Of a DNA stretch of 64,000 nt, positions 50,700 through 62,939 are shown piece by piece. Each line of letters opens with the position of its first letter. Position 1 is the stretch's first letter. A program made the position numbers and the translations under genes. Source of the stretch: Octopus sinensis (taxonomy: Eukaryota); the NCBI RefSeq assembly GCF_006345805.1, contig NC_043016.1:1426001-1490000 (forward strand), written 5' to 3'. Below the pieces are notes generated by a model. It searched no databases. It had not been told where the DNA came from and was given only the letters and a program-made list of their open reading frames with translations.

Positions 50700-51150
50700 A
50701 TATATATTTGAGTAGTTGAATGAATTATCTTATTAAGGATAATTCGAAAGATAACCGATACCTGGGTAGCAAATTCACATCAGAAAGAACACGGTTGAAG
50801 TTACGTCCCTAGGGCATAGACTACGTGCTTTCGTGCGGAAATTTGTATGTTTATTTTTAAAATATCAGTTTATGAAAGAATAGAGTTGAACGACTTTGTT
50901 ACAAATTTCCTTTATTTTCGACATATGTTTCGAAGGCTGCATATTCCTAATCCCGAAGGAATAAAGAGTACATTATGCAGATTTCTCATCAGGAAAGGCA
51001 AGGAACTTATGTCGACATAAAAATGCACAAAAAACCTTTAGCTGACTGCTCTCAAGGAGCCCATGGCGATAATGAGTGTCTGTTTATAAGGAGTGACGTC
51101 AGAGTGGCTGAATGTAGAAGAATCTAGAAGGATCTAAAGGTTCAAGGGTT
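50700..51150 (-). mobile_element. Solo PLE pLTR-like segment
   Basis: Non-coding, contains the HHR at 50916-50996, bounded by (TA)n and a LINE tail. Confidence 0.5.
50916..50996 (-). ncRNA. Type I hammerhead ribozyme, intact core, GUC site
   Basis: TTTC-CTGATGA-GAA.CTGCATA/TATGCAG.TTC-GAAAC-ATAT-GTC-GAAA; palindromic stem III ACATATGT. Confidence 0.82.
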
Positions 51151-51159
51151 CAAAACTTA

Positions 51160-54100
51160 TATAAAACTTAGATAAAACTTAGATATGTTTCGACCAAAGA
51201 TTGGTCCAGGCCATGTCTAACTTAATAACACCACCTGATAGGATTATTCGAATCCTGTTTAAGTCAAGTTTTGTTTACGGTCCATTTAAGTAGTGAGTTG
51301 CATCCAATTATGGGTGGCTTATCTAGTATTCTTTGAAGGAATCTATCCAGACTCCGTTTAAAGTTGATGGGATCCTTTTCCTCTTTGATCTCCCTCGGGA
51401 CAATGTTAAATAGGGCAGGGCCTGTTGAGGAAAAGAAATTATGTTGCAGTGTACATGTATGCTGTGATCTTGAATTGGGCAGGGGACGTATGGCCCGTGG
51501 TCCCAGTCTTGGATGAACCTTGAAGCTAATGTTAGGTCATTAATTGGTCAGTTTGGCGGTATATTCTCCACATCGTACAAATGATGTACCGCTCACGGCG
51601 ACGCTGGAGAGAGTAAAGTTTCAAGGCTTTAAGGCGATCCCAATAATCGAGAGCAGCCATGTCTTCAATTTGGTTAGTGAGTGCCCTCTGGGGTGACTCA
51701 ATTCTGGAGATGTTTTGTCTTGTGTGAGGAGACCACAGTGGGCAGCAGTATTCAAGGTGTGGCGTACAAAGGAGGAGAAAAGTGGTATGATGACACCTTG
51801 TTCTCTGGACCGGATAGTTCTTAAGATCCAGGAACTCATCCTACGAGCTATATCGACCTTATTGTTGATGTGTGCACTCCAACTGAGATCGTCATCAACA
51901 ATTACACCCAGGTCTCTGATATTGATAGAGGCTGTGAGCGGTTCCCTTGAAGGAAGAGAGTATGGCTGTTTTAGTGAGGAATTTCTTCCAAAATGCATCA
52001 GCTCAAATTTTCCTTCATTCAGTTGCATTTTGTTTCTGTCTGCCCATTGACTCACAGTATACAGATCAGACTGGATTTGAGTTCGGTCTGCTTCTTCATT
52101 GACGATTTGCAGGAGCTTAGTGTCATCAGCAAATATTTTCACTTCACAGTAATGTACGACACTGGAAAGGTCGTTTATGTAAATTATGAAGAGTACCGGA
52201 TCCAAGACAGTCCCCTGGGGAACACCGCTGGGCTTAAGTGAACTCCATCAACTACAACATGTTGTGTTCTATTCGCCAGGAAATACTTAATCCAGTGTAG
52301 AACTTTTCCACGGATTCCAACATTTGCCAATTTTGAGCGTAGGATATTATGTCGAACGCTTTACTGAAGTCAAGATATATGACGTCAGAGTTCGAACCTG
52401 TTCCCAAGGCTTTGAGTACATCTTCAATGTGGTGTAAGAGCTGTGTTAGACAGTTCCTGCCACAGCGAAAGCCATGCTGATTTGCATTTAGGAGTTTGTG
52501 GGTCTCCAGGAAGTCAGCTATCCTTGATCTTAACACTCTTTCAAACACTTTAATGATGTGGGAGGTGAGTGAGATTGGGCGATAGTTGACTGCGAGGGAT
52601 CTGTTTCCATGTTTGAAAACCGGGATGACCGACTGGGATAGAAACTGTTTCGGTATATAACCTGCGTCTAACGAATTTCTCCAGAGTTGGTCAGAGGGAC
52701 TGCAAGTTGGTGTCTACATTCCTTCAGGAGACTAGCGGGGAATCTATCAGGGCCTACAGCAGAGTAGTATTTGACCTCATTTATTGCTGCTACGATGTCA
52801 GTGGCAGTGAAGGTTATGTCTGAGATTTTATGTTGGGAGTCAACTTCGTTCGCTCTCTTACGTCAATATCGGTGGGAACACTAAAGACGAGCAGTATTGT
52901 TTCTGCAGTATTTCTGCCATTTCTTTAGCATCGTGTTGGGGAATGCCGTTATCATCAATCAATGGCCCCATGGGTGAGACAGTGGTTCTATGCTTATTGC
53001 ATAAGAATAGAACATTTTGGGTTCTGTTTGATGTTTTTGATTACCCACTGTTCCTCCACAGCTCTTGATTTTCAATGGAGGTTTTCATGTCGGTCTGCAG
53101 ATGAGTTTTTCCAGCTCTAGCCCTTTCATTGTTGTTGAATGTGGATGTTGTGTGTGGGAATATTTTAATTGGTTGATTTTTTTGTTGAGTCTTTTGATGC
53201 GCCTGATGAGTGTTTTTTTTCTTTTTAGGGAGCCGGTTTCTGTTTGTGTTAGTAGATTTCGTGGGAGCGTGTTTAGAGCATGTATAGGTGAAAATGTTTT
53301 CAAAGTGCTGCCACGCGGTCTCAATATGAGAGGAATTGAGAGTAAAAGACCAGTCGATGGAAGACAGATCCTTTCTGATTGTTCCCCAGTCCGCTTTGTG
53401 GAAGTTTATGTTGTCAAATGGGTGCCATGGAATGGGATTGGCTGGTTTGGTTTTTATATGCCGGGAATTAAAATTGCAGAGTACCATGTCGTGGTCTGAG
53501 AGGAGAGTTTTTTCAACTGAAATACTGTGAACGAAGCTAGAGTGATTGGTCAATACCAGATCCAAGGTCGCTTTATTCTGCCTCGTTGGTTCGAGCACTA
53601 GCTGAGTCAGGAAGTATTCATCCATCAGATTAAAGAGCAGTTCTCTTGCTGCTCTATCTGATGTAGAGCACTTGCCTAACTTCAGAGCATTTGTGGGCCA
53701 GTTCACATGAGGGAGGTAAAATCACCCATCACTAGTTGTTTCCGGAGTGGTACTTCCGAAGGAAGGACTTGACTTTGCTAAGGCACTCTTCAAAGCACTT
53801 TAGAGGTGCCTGGGGAGGCCTGTAAAGACCAACAATGATTATGTCCTTGGCCTTGCTGAATAGTGATACCGATTCACAATAGCCATTGGAAAATATGTCC
53901 TTGGCATCAAATGAAAAGGAGTCATGGATAAAGATGGCTGCCCCTCCCTTATTTCGGTCTGTGCGATCCGCACGAACAATGGTGAAATCTTTTATTTTCA
54001 TCTCGGCGTCCATATGGGTGTTGTTCAGATGAGTCTCTGTAAGGATAAAGAAAGGGAAGCAATGTGCCGTTTCGGGAAGCCAACTCTCTATATATGGGAT

Positions 54101-54810
54101 CTTCCATTTTTGGGCAGTAATTGATGGGTTGATGCCACGTGCATTTAACAGGAATGTCGAGGTAAGGGAAGTTTGATGTTTGCATTGTTCTAAGTTATGT
54201 TTTATGTTGTTCAGTGGTAACAACGTAGGTAGTTCTTGTATGGAGCTGTGTGTGTATGATTTTCTTGTTGGTAATGGGTGAGTGGTCCTTGTGATTTGCA
54301 TAGGTGGTTGCTGATAGCTCGCTGGATCTCCCGGCTTAGGTCGGCCTTCATATTTTCTAGGTATGTCAGTAAAAAAGAGTTACTTGTTTGGTTTTCCACT
54401 TGGTCAGATAATACATATTTCATGTTGGCGTTATTTGGTGTTTTTTCATGGTTCTGTCTACGTTGTTTGATTGTAGGAGGGGAAACGTGGTTGTATTTTG
54501 TTCTTGTTGTTGTCTTAGATTTCCTCTGTTCCTGTTTATATTTATTCTGTGATCGTTTTGTGCCCTTCAGATGATGGTGGTTGCATTCTGGGTTCAGGCA
54601 CATCCTTTGTGACACAGACGTTTGGCACAGTTTAGGATGGAATAAGGTGCATCCATTGCCTTTTGTGCATCCGTATTTAGGATCAGGACCATGAACTCTG
54701 TATTTAGGACAGTATTTGGGGTGGAGGTGGGGGCAGTTTTTTCCGTTATACCATATGGACAGGTGCCCTTAACAAGTCTACGACATAAGGTAGGATGCGA
54801 AAAAGCATAT
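51160..54810 (-). mobile_element. Near full-length CR1-group LINE (CCCH-finger ORF1 fragment, APE + RT ORF2), disrupted
   Basis: ORF1 CPHLHPKYC..CTLFHPKLC..CNHHH; APE LLNARG, LTETHL, DR..KGGAAIFI and GLYRPP; RT QHGFR, YLDFSKAFD and FADDTK. Confidence 0.92.
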
Positions 54811-55449
54811 ATATATATACATACATACATACACATACATACATACATGCACATACATACACATACACATATATACACACACCCATAAACACACACATAA
54901 ATAAATGTATAAACATATACATATATATACACGTACATAAACATATACACATATATACATACATACACACACAAACACATATATCATATAAATAAATACG
55001 TATATAAATGTCTAAATTCATACTTCAATACAAACATAGAGGTAAAAATTAAGTTTAATCTATATATTCTATCTAACTAATCTATAATTCTATATTAAAT
55101 AAAATAGATTAAATAGACATCCAACTTAATCTATTTCAAATATAAAGAGATTATATACATATAGATTAATTTAACAAAATTATAACAGAAATATAACAAA
55201 ATATATAAACTTAACTTTATTATAAGATAAATATATATATATATATATATCATATATCATATTATTAATACTCAACACTATTATGAAGTAATAAATTATA
55301 AGATTAATAGCATATTACATTACTTTTTTTAATATAATATATAAAAAATTTAAAAAACCATGTAATAAGTACCATAAATCACCTACTATATTTTAGATTA
55401 ATACTATTACATAAATCAACAAATAAGGAGCTAACTATTGTTATTATTA

Positions 55450-55493
<44 letters not shown>

Positions 55494-55606
55494 ATATATA
55501 TATTGACCGACCAGGCTATCAGATGTTGCTTACACATCGCTGGTCACAATGCGCTTCGCATTGTTTTAGCCTTCAAATGACGCCACGCCGCTGGCTAAGT
55601 GAACAG

Positions 55607-55669
<63 letters not shown>

Positions 55670-55854
55670 CAACCTTCGACGAAATAACAGTCATATATAT
55701 AACTTGGGCACATATATCAGTACCTAAACATACGTTGACATATACATACACATATAAACATGTCTAACACTTATGTAATTACTCAAATGCATACGCATGC
55801 ACACATAAGTATATGTACATACATACATGCACACATATACATACATTAATTATA

Positions 55855-55894
<40 letters not shown>

Positions 55895-55929
55895 AACAAC
55901 AAAAAATGGGACAAGAGCTTAGCAAGCGA

Positions 55930-56400
55930 CAACATAACATTTGTTTGGCGATACAAAAAGGGCAGGAAAAAAACAAGGACGGGACATTCGGAGCTTTGAA
56001 TCTTCAGTCGAGTACCAGATCGTCTTTTCAGTTTTGGCCGGTTACTTTCGAGATTGCTCTAATCTGGGTGGCCCCAAGAAAATCTAAGCTAAGAGCACTA
56101 GATTCTTTGGAAGAAAGCAAGGGAATGTATACGAAAACAAGGTCGAAAATAAACGGAGAAATGGAACACGATTACAAATACAAATAACAGGACATTAATA
56201 ACAGTTGCTTTTCGACTAAAGACGAATTAAATTTAGCTGGTGTGTGCAGAAGTGAAGCCTTTCGGCAGGAACATAGGAGATGAAAGTCATGGGAAGAAAT
56301 ACGAGGGATGCTGCACGGATGGTAGTCAAACCAAGAAAGATCGGAATGTTCTGTTGTCGTCTGTTACATTCGTGTTCCATTTTTTTCATACATACATACA
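55930..56400 (-). repeat. Diverged homologue of 5660-6100
   Basis: Same conserved blocks in the same order as 5660-6100. Confidence 0.65.
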
Positions 56401-56799
56401 CATTCATTCATATATAGATACATACATACATACATACATACATACATACATACATACATACATACATACATACATACATACTTACATACATACATAAAGA
56501 AAGAAACAAATAAACATATCATGAATTTACTTTCTCAGATGCAGCACGAAATTTTGCCAGTAAACAGGTTGCGGTTAAAAAGTGACGAAAATATTTTGAC
56601 ACAAATTAAATTCAAATTTTAAAGCGAATTTAACGGTTTTGTGTGTCCTTAAATGGCTAATAAACACCTTCCGCGCTGCAATAGTTTTGTTTCAGTACAT
56701 GATTTCAGATCAAGTCACTTGCTATGCAAATACATCTCCATAATATATATATATATATAATCCTAAAATTACTACGAAAAAACATAATACACAAATATA

Positions 56800-57620
56800 C
56801 TCAAATTCACAACATACTTAAACTAGTTTTGCAATTCTTTATTGTTTATTTCATAAATATTTTCGGAATGATAAGTATAATATTTATTTAAGAAATAATG
56901 GAATAATTTATTTATTTATTTATATGTTTGAAAACATATGGATTTCTATTTGTTAATTATAATTTAGATAGTACTTTTATTTAATTTATAATTTTATTAT
57001 TTTATAATTATTGTATGTGAACTAAAATCTAAAAGTATTAAGTGTGATTGTTTTGTAAAATAGTTTGTAACGTAAAATATTAGAGTATAGCTAGTGAAAA
57101 GATATTCTATAGTTTGTTAATGTTATTCTTAAAGCTAAGTTGTCTTCCCAGATAAATACATTTTCTATCTATTTACTCTATTTTTTACCTTTGGTTTTTA
57201 TCATCAAATTTAGTTAACGGAGTTTCTTCTATAAGAAGAATCATGATTTTATTTCTTTAAGAAATATTGTCTAATTCTACTTGATTATTCATTTAACTAT
57301 TATTGTTATTATTGTTGACCTGAGGAGTGACTATACTCATAAATTAAATTGTTTTTCGATTAAATTTAAATTTAATTGTAATTCGAATTGAAATTATAGC
57401 CATGAAATGTACGCAGTCTTCTTACTTATTGTTTACTCATATTTGTTCGTTTTGTGATCTAGTTATATATTTTATTTTCTCTTTATGATTTCGTTTATGT
57501 CTATCATTGGTTGAATTACATAATAGTCGTTTTTCCCTAATTTATATATTTTATATATTTATAATGTGAAATTTGATTAATACTAATTTCAATTTTTCCC
57601 TGTAAGTTTGAGTTATACTC
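56800..57620 (+). mobile_element. AT-rich decayed PLE 3' end
   Basis: HHR at 57317 and terminal TTTTTCCCTGTAAGTTTG shared with 40760-40780. Confidence 0.55.
57317..57418 (+). ncRNA. Type I hammerhead, long stem II, cleavage triplet mutated (GCA)
   Basis: GAC-CTGAGGA-GTGACTATA/TATAGCCAT-GAAAT-GTAC-GCA-GTC. Confidence 0.6.
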
Positions 57621-57621
57621 C

Positions 57622-57679
<58 letters not shown>

Positions 57680-57684
<5 letters not shown>

Positions 57685-57950
57685 GGGGACGTAAACACAA
57701 CAACATCGGTTGTCAGGCAATGTTGGGGACAGAGACGCACAAACACATATACACATACATACACACACAAACAACACACACACATGCACAAACACACACG
57801 CACACACACACACACACATATATATATTTATATGCCAGGCTTCTTTCAGTTTCCGTCTACTAAATCCACTCACAAGTTTTGGTCGGCCTGAGGCTACAGT
57901 AGAATACACTTGCCCAAGGTACCATGCAGTGAAACTGAACTCGGAACCAG
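57680..57950 (-). mobile_element. tRNA-derived SINE, head truncated
   Basis: TTTCAGTTTCCGTCTACTAAATCCACTCACAAG and CACTTGCCCAAGGTACC. Confidence 0.8.
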
Positions 57951-57959
57951 GTAGGAAGC

Positions 57960-59700
57960 TACTTCATTTAATCAAATTTGCCATAGAGGCAGTACAAAGA
58001 TGGGTAGCTTTGCGGGCTGGACAAGACATTGATGAGGCGAATGATAAAAATGGGAGAAGACAGAAAGAGTCCGCCGATCCCTGCTTCTCTATAACATTGT
58101 TCATTTAAAAAGACACATTTTAAGGTAATAATCCTCTTATAGAGATAACAACAATATTAATGCACATTTACACATTTCGGCGCTATGTCTATTCTTTTTC
58201 GCCCCCGACCAGGCTGTTGGCTGCCCATAGGTACTGCCTCGAAACCCGGTCGGGGTCCCAAATTACAATTCTATACCAGTCCTTCATAAAGGAGCCCGCC
58301 ACCAGTCAAGGCTAAGGGCTCATCCCTCAAAACTCGCTTCCTTAGGAAGCTTTCTATTGCCCCTTCCTTCAGAAAGAAAACGATAAACTCGTCTTCCTTC
58401 CTTCTGGGATGGGCCACTGCTCCCTCTGTCGGTGGCACACTTCCCACCGACAGAGATTCGGGGCACGCTGGCAGTTGATCGTCAACTGCCAGCGATGTCC
58501 CATTCTTTTTCTTTCTTCTCTTCTTGACGGGAGGGTGTAGTTTCTCGAACTTGTCCGGGAGTCGATCCTTCCCTCCCACCGCCTCAGAATCCATCTTTCT
58601 TTTTTTTCCTTTCGAGGGGGTTACCTCCTCCTCTACCTCTCCCTCCGTTATATGATCAGGAGTCTCCGTTGGAGGAAAAACATCCTCCTCTATTAATTTC
58701 TCTAGTGCCCTTGCTTGGTTCTTGGGGCAATTCTTCTTGATGTGGCCCGATTTCAGGCATAAGTGACACTTTGTGGTGGGTGTCCCTCAAGAGTCACCGG
58801 GTACCTAGAACCGGCCATCTTTAGAAATCTGGGAAAACCAGATCTTTGGCTGATTGGGTCCATAGGGTCAAAATTGCTTTCGACCCCACCCAATCAGCCA
58901 CAGGAAGCATTCTAACATTCAAGAGCCTGGCTCTGCTGCCACCCAGACCCCGGCAGACAGTGTCCTCTATCCACTCAGGCTCTATTCCGAGGGCTGACTA
59001 GCGAACATGCTAGCCTCTTTAGGGGTATCAAACAGCAACCACCCTGTTGAAAATTTGGCACTCCTTGCAATATACTTGATTGTTGGCAGGTATGTTGCCA
59101 ACTCTTTTTCAATTTCAACCTGAGAGAACACAGTAATGGTGTCAAGGAACTTGGAGCATGTCCTCAACACCACCATTCTCTCATTACGGTCCTCTAACCA
59201 CTGCTTGGGGGGGCACAATCACCCACACCAGCACAGTGGTTTTCTTTGTTGCCATAATTTAAAACCACAAAGAAAGAAAAGGAGTTCAACAAAAAGTTCA
59301 AATGTTCTAAATAAAAGTTCAGTAATAAACACAAAAAAAGAACGGAAAGACAGAGCAGAGAAAAAGAACGAAGGAAGACAGTTCAATACACGGCAACACA
59401 ATTCCGCAACTCCGGTAATCCGCAATAATACAGGGTACTCCAGTTGCAGCACAAATTAGTCCTTCTTTCCTTGGCACTCCTTGCCCGTGGTAAATCCAGT
59501 GGAACAAAACAGTAACACAAAGACAATTTTCAGAAACAAATTAATTTTTGCGGAGGGGCTACGCCTCCTCAAAAACACAATTCTCACTGCAAAGTGAGTC
59601 TTTACGCACGACCACAGGCAGACTGTTGCTCACCAAAAAGTATTAAACACATGGCAACAAACTCCGCTAAGTCCCCCACCCCCAAATATGACAAACGCCT
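57960..59700 (-). mobile_element. L1/Tx1-type element with gag-like ORF1 only (ORF1 ~59245 to 58271, frameshifted)
   Basis: MATKK..ERMVVLRT..IEPEWI..PVTLEGHPP/KCHLCLKSGHIKKNCP (CX2CX4HX4C); ~450-nt leader; ~310-nt trailer without ORF2 motifs. Confidence 0.7.
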
Positions 59701-59955
59701 ACCTGTAGTCGAGCTTCAACGTTCAATTTTCACGATGAAAGACGTGAAGAGAGGTTATGAGAGGTGATGATGTCAATAAGACCCAACGGTATAAGGTAAT
59801 GCAGAGTAAATGGTATGGACAGACTATAGTTAAGTTCCGGGTTCGGTGATTATGCGAATGAGGAATCCAACGTTGGTCATATGTATATATATAAAAATTA
59901 ACAGAATAAGATAAAAATCCAAGGCGGTGAAAGATTTCAGAACATTTATAAAGAG

Positions 59956-60003
59956 GTCTTACAGCTGTTTCAGAGATATTTAATATATCCCTTCATCGGA
60001 GAC
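59956..60003 (-). ncRNA. Minimal type I hammerhead, CCGAUGA core
   Basis: GTCT-CCGATGA-AGGGATAT/ATATCTCT-GAAAC-AGCT-GTA-AGAC. Confidence 0.7.
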
Positions 60004-60139
60004 GCTGTGAGATATTGGTTAAGCAATAGTTATTCTAGATAAGATATGAAATAGAGTGAAGTCTATTTTAATTCCTCCACTCCATTCTCTATTTCATATC
60101 TTATCTAGAATGACTATTGCTTAACCATCTTCTCACACC

Positions 60140-60190
60140 GTCACCGATGAAGGGATATATAAAAATATGTCCCAGAAACAGCTGTATGAC
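60140..60190 (+). ncRNA. Minimal type I hammerhead, CCGAUGA core
   Basis: GTCA-CCGATGA-AGGGATATAT/ATATGTCCCA-GAAAC-AGCT-GTA-TGAC. Confidence 0.65.
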
Positions 60191-60689
60191 CTTCTATTTA
60201 TAAATGTTCTGAAATCTTAAACAGCTTTGGATTTTTATCTCATTCGGTTAATTTTATATATATATAAATATGTATACATTTAAACATCCTTATCGGTATT
60301 TGTCATAGTGGCATATTTTAGTCACACACACATACATGCATACATACAAGCATAGTTATTCATACGTATATAAAGGCTGAATATATGCAAAAGATAAACC
60401 CCAAAAATATCATAACGTGATGTACAACGAAATATTTATTAATTTAACCTCACCTACAAGGCGATGAATGTTTAGTTACTGTTTCTATCAGACTGAAGGA
60501 GAAGACACATGTTTCTCGTAATTGCTGGTTCCTTTTTTTCAATATTATTTTTTCGTATTTTCGCATTATTTGTATAGAATGAATGTATAAATACATATTC
60601 GCTCACACACAAATACATGCGCGCGCGCGCAAACACACACGCACCACACATAGACATATTTTATATCTTTTTCAGTTTTTTTTTATTAG

Positions 60690-60870
60690 ACTGTGGCCAT
60701 GCAGGGACACCATCTTTTAAGAATATTTTAGTCGAATGGCTCGACCCCAGTTCTTTCTTTGTAAGCCTTGCACTTATTCTATCGTACATTTTTGCTGAAC
60801 CGTTAAGTTATGGGGGTGTAAACACATCATCACCAGTCGTCAAGCAGTAAAAGAAGGACAAACATAGACA
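60690..60870 (-). mobile_element. SINE 3' half
   Basis: GACTGTGGCCATGC..GGACACC, GTGTAAACACATCATCACCAGTCGTCAAGC. Confidence 0.65.
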
Positions 60871-60936
60871 CACAGGCGCCGGCGCACACACACACACAGA
60901 CGCTTATATAGATGTATATATATATATATATATGTC

Positions 60937-61450
60937 TTCAGGTGCCTTGTCCCGGCTTGCAGGGGTGATTGCCTCCCCTTTGCAAATATAAGGACACAGA
61001 AAATGTATCAAAGCCGACAGGAGACGTCGATGTTTCCTAGGGCTAAATGGCGGTGATGTAATTCCCTCACGGGACTGTCACATTGAGTTGACAGTATATC
61101 GCTTCACCACCGCTTATGTCTCTCTGAGACATTTAGAAATTCAATATTTCTAATTTCGGTGATCAGTAAATAAAAGTTACTGATAATATGATATATTTGC
61201 AGAGAGGTTGCAGTCATCTCAGCGAGCGAGGCAGGCTGCCCTGAACTGACGACGAGCAATAGACTCAGAAACATAAGTCTTCAGGTGCTTAGTCCTAGTT
61301 GGCGGGAGTAATTGCCTCCCCTTTGCAAATATAAGGACACAGAAAATGTATCAAAGCCGACAGGAGACGTCGATGTTTCCTAGGGCTAAATGGCGGTGGT
61401 GTAATTCCCTTACGGGACTGTCACATTGAGATGACAGTATACGACCACTA
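60937..61450 (+). mobile_element. Non-coding HHR retroelement: one 343-nt monomer plus a ~170-nt partial monomer (retrozyme/mini-PLE-like)
   Basis: Direct repeat 60934-61097 vs 61277-61440 (offset 343), both beginning GTC|TTCAGG; inserted in (TA)n; no ORF. Confidence 0.8.
61240..61285 (+). ncRNA. Type I hammerhead ribozyme, GUC site at 61277-61279
   Basis: CCTGAA-CTGACGA-C GAG/CTC A-GAAAC-ATAA-GTC-TTCAGG; 6-bp stem I. Confidence 0.85.
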
Positions 61451-61469
61451 TATATATATATATATATAC

Positions 61470-61635
61470 ACATCCGACGGGCCTCTTTCAGTTTCCAGTT
61501 GCCAAATTCAATCAAACGGCTTCGGTCATCCTGAGGCTAAAGTAGAAGATACCTGTCCAAGTTGCTACGCGGTGTGACTGAACGCGGACCCTTGTGGTTG
61601 GGAAGCAAGTGTCTTTATCACAACACCCATGCCTA
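61470..61635 (-). mobile_element. tRNA-derived SINE
   Basis: TTTCAGTTTCC..CCAAATTC and GTGGTTGGGAAGCAAG. Confidence 0.7.
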
Positions 61636-62049
61636 TACATGTGCGTGTGCATGCATGCATGTATATATGCATGTATGTATATATCAGCGAAGGGAACAGA
61701 GGGTGAAGCGAGAGAAAACGAAAAACAACATACAAAATGATCGTGAGAGAGGGTTGGGCGTGTGACAGAGATACATAGGGAATCAACTAGACACTGATGA
61801 AGTGATTTAGAGATATAGAGAAGGAGGAAGGGAGAAAGGCGAGGAAAGAAATGTCAACTGGGAGACAAAGTGAGAGAGAAGTATTACTAAGAGTCGATGG
61901 GGGGTTACACAATATCAATTGGCACATGTTTATCTTAAATGAATCATGATGCCCATATCCAACCACTCAAACTTAGACACACAAGACAAAACCATATACG
62001 TATATGTGTGTATATGTGTAAATACATACATTTACGTATATATATAAAG

Positions 62050-62265
62050 ACATATATTTGTGTGTGTGTATGCCTTTGTGTCTGAGTCTGTGTCTGTCCC
62101 CCATCCACCGTTTGACAACCGGTATAAGTGTGTTTACGTCCCAGTGCCTTATCGGTAGAATAAGTATCGGGCTTACTAAAAAATAAGTCATAAATTCAAC
62201 TTGTTCAGCTAAAACCCTTCAAGGCGGTGCTCCAGCATGGCTGCAGTGAAATAGCTGAATCATGT
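62050..62265 (+). mobile_element. SINE 3' half
   Basis: TTGACAACCGGT..GTGTTTACGTCCC and AAGGCGGTGCTCCAGCATGGC. Confidence 0.7.
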
Positions 62266-62294
62266 GAAAAATGATATATATATATCTTTTATCT

Positions 62295-62360
<66 letters not shown>

Positions 62361-62939
62361 TATATATATATAGATATATCTGTGTGTATATGTATGTATA
62401 TATATCTGTATGTATGTATGTATATATATATATATATATGCATACATACATATATATATATACACACGGATCAGATCATTAACAGATGAACCATACACTT
62501 TGATTCTCATATATAAATTTACACGTTCACCCTTATGTATAGATGTAAACATTTACCCAATACACACAAGTGCAACAGCACCAGCACACATAACCTCAAA
62601 CGTAGTCATTCGTGTTGGTAATTCATACAAGTGGTTACGATTCACTAAGCCAATGAAAGAGATATTTATTTATGTCAATGTTACTATGGGAACTTCTTAG
62701 AAGCCAGCTTTCCCTTAGATATTTGTATAAATTCATATTGACTTCATTAAGTGCAGCGCAGTGATAAATACATGTGATTTGTCTGTATCACACTACAACA
62801 CGCAACACATGGCCACATACAATCAAGCAACAGACTAGATTCACCTAACAACAAACAATACATAACAAGGGAAAGCACAACCGACCACACATAGCACCAC
62901 TACACACACACACGTACATAAGTTTTTTACATATGAAGG

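Larger units (their letters stand above)
59885..60260. repeat. Inverted repeat of a PLE pLTR-like segment
   Basis: 59885-60055 and 60085-60260 are reverse complements (imperfect); each carries an HHR. Confidence 0.88.

Noticed and set aside
57948-59705. 8-bp terminal inverted repeat CAGGTAGG/CCTACCTG suggesting a DNA transposon
   Set aside because: Too short to be significant, no TSD or transposase, and the cargo is retroelement ORF1-like.
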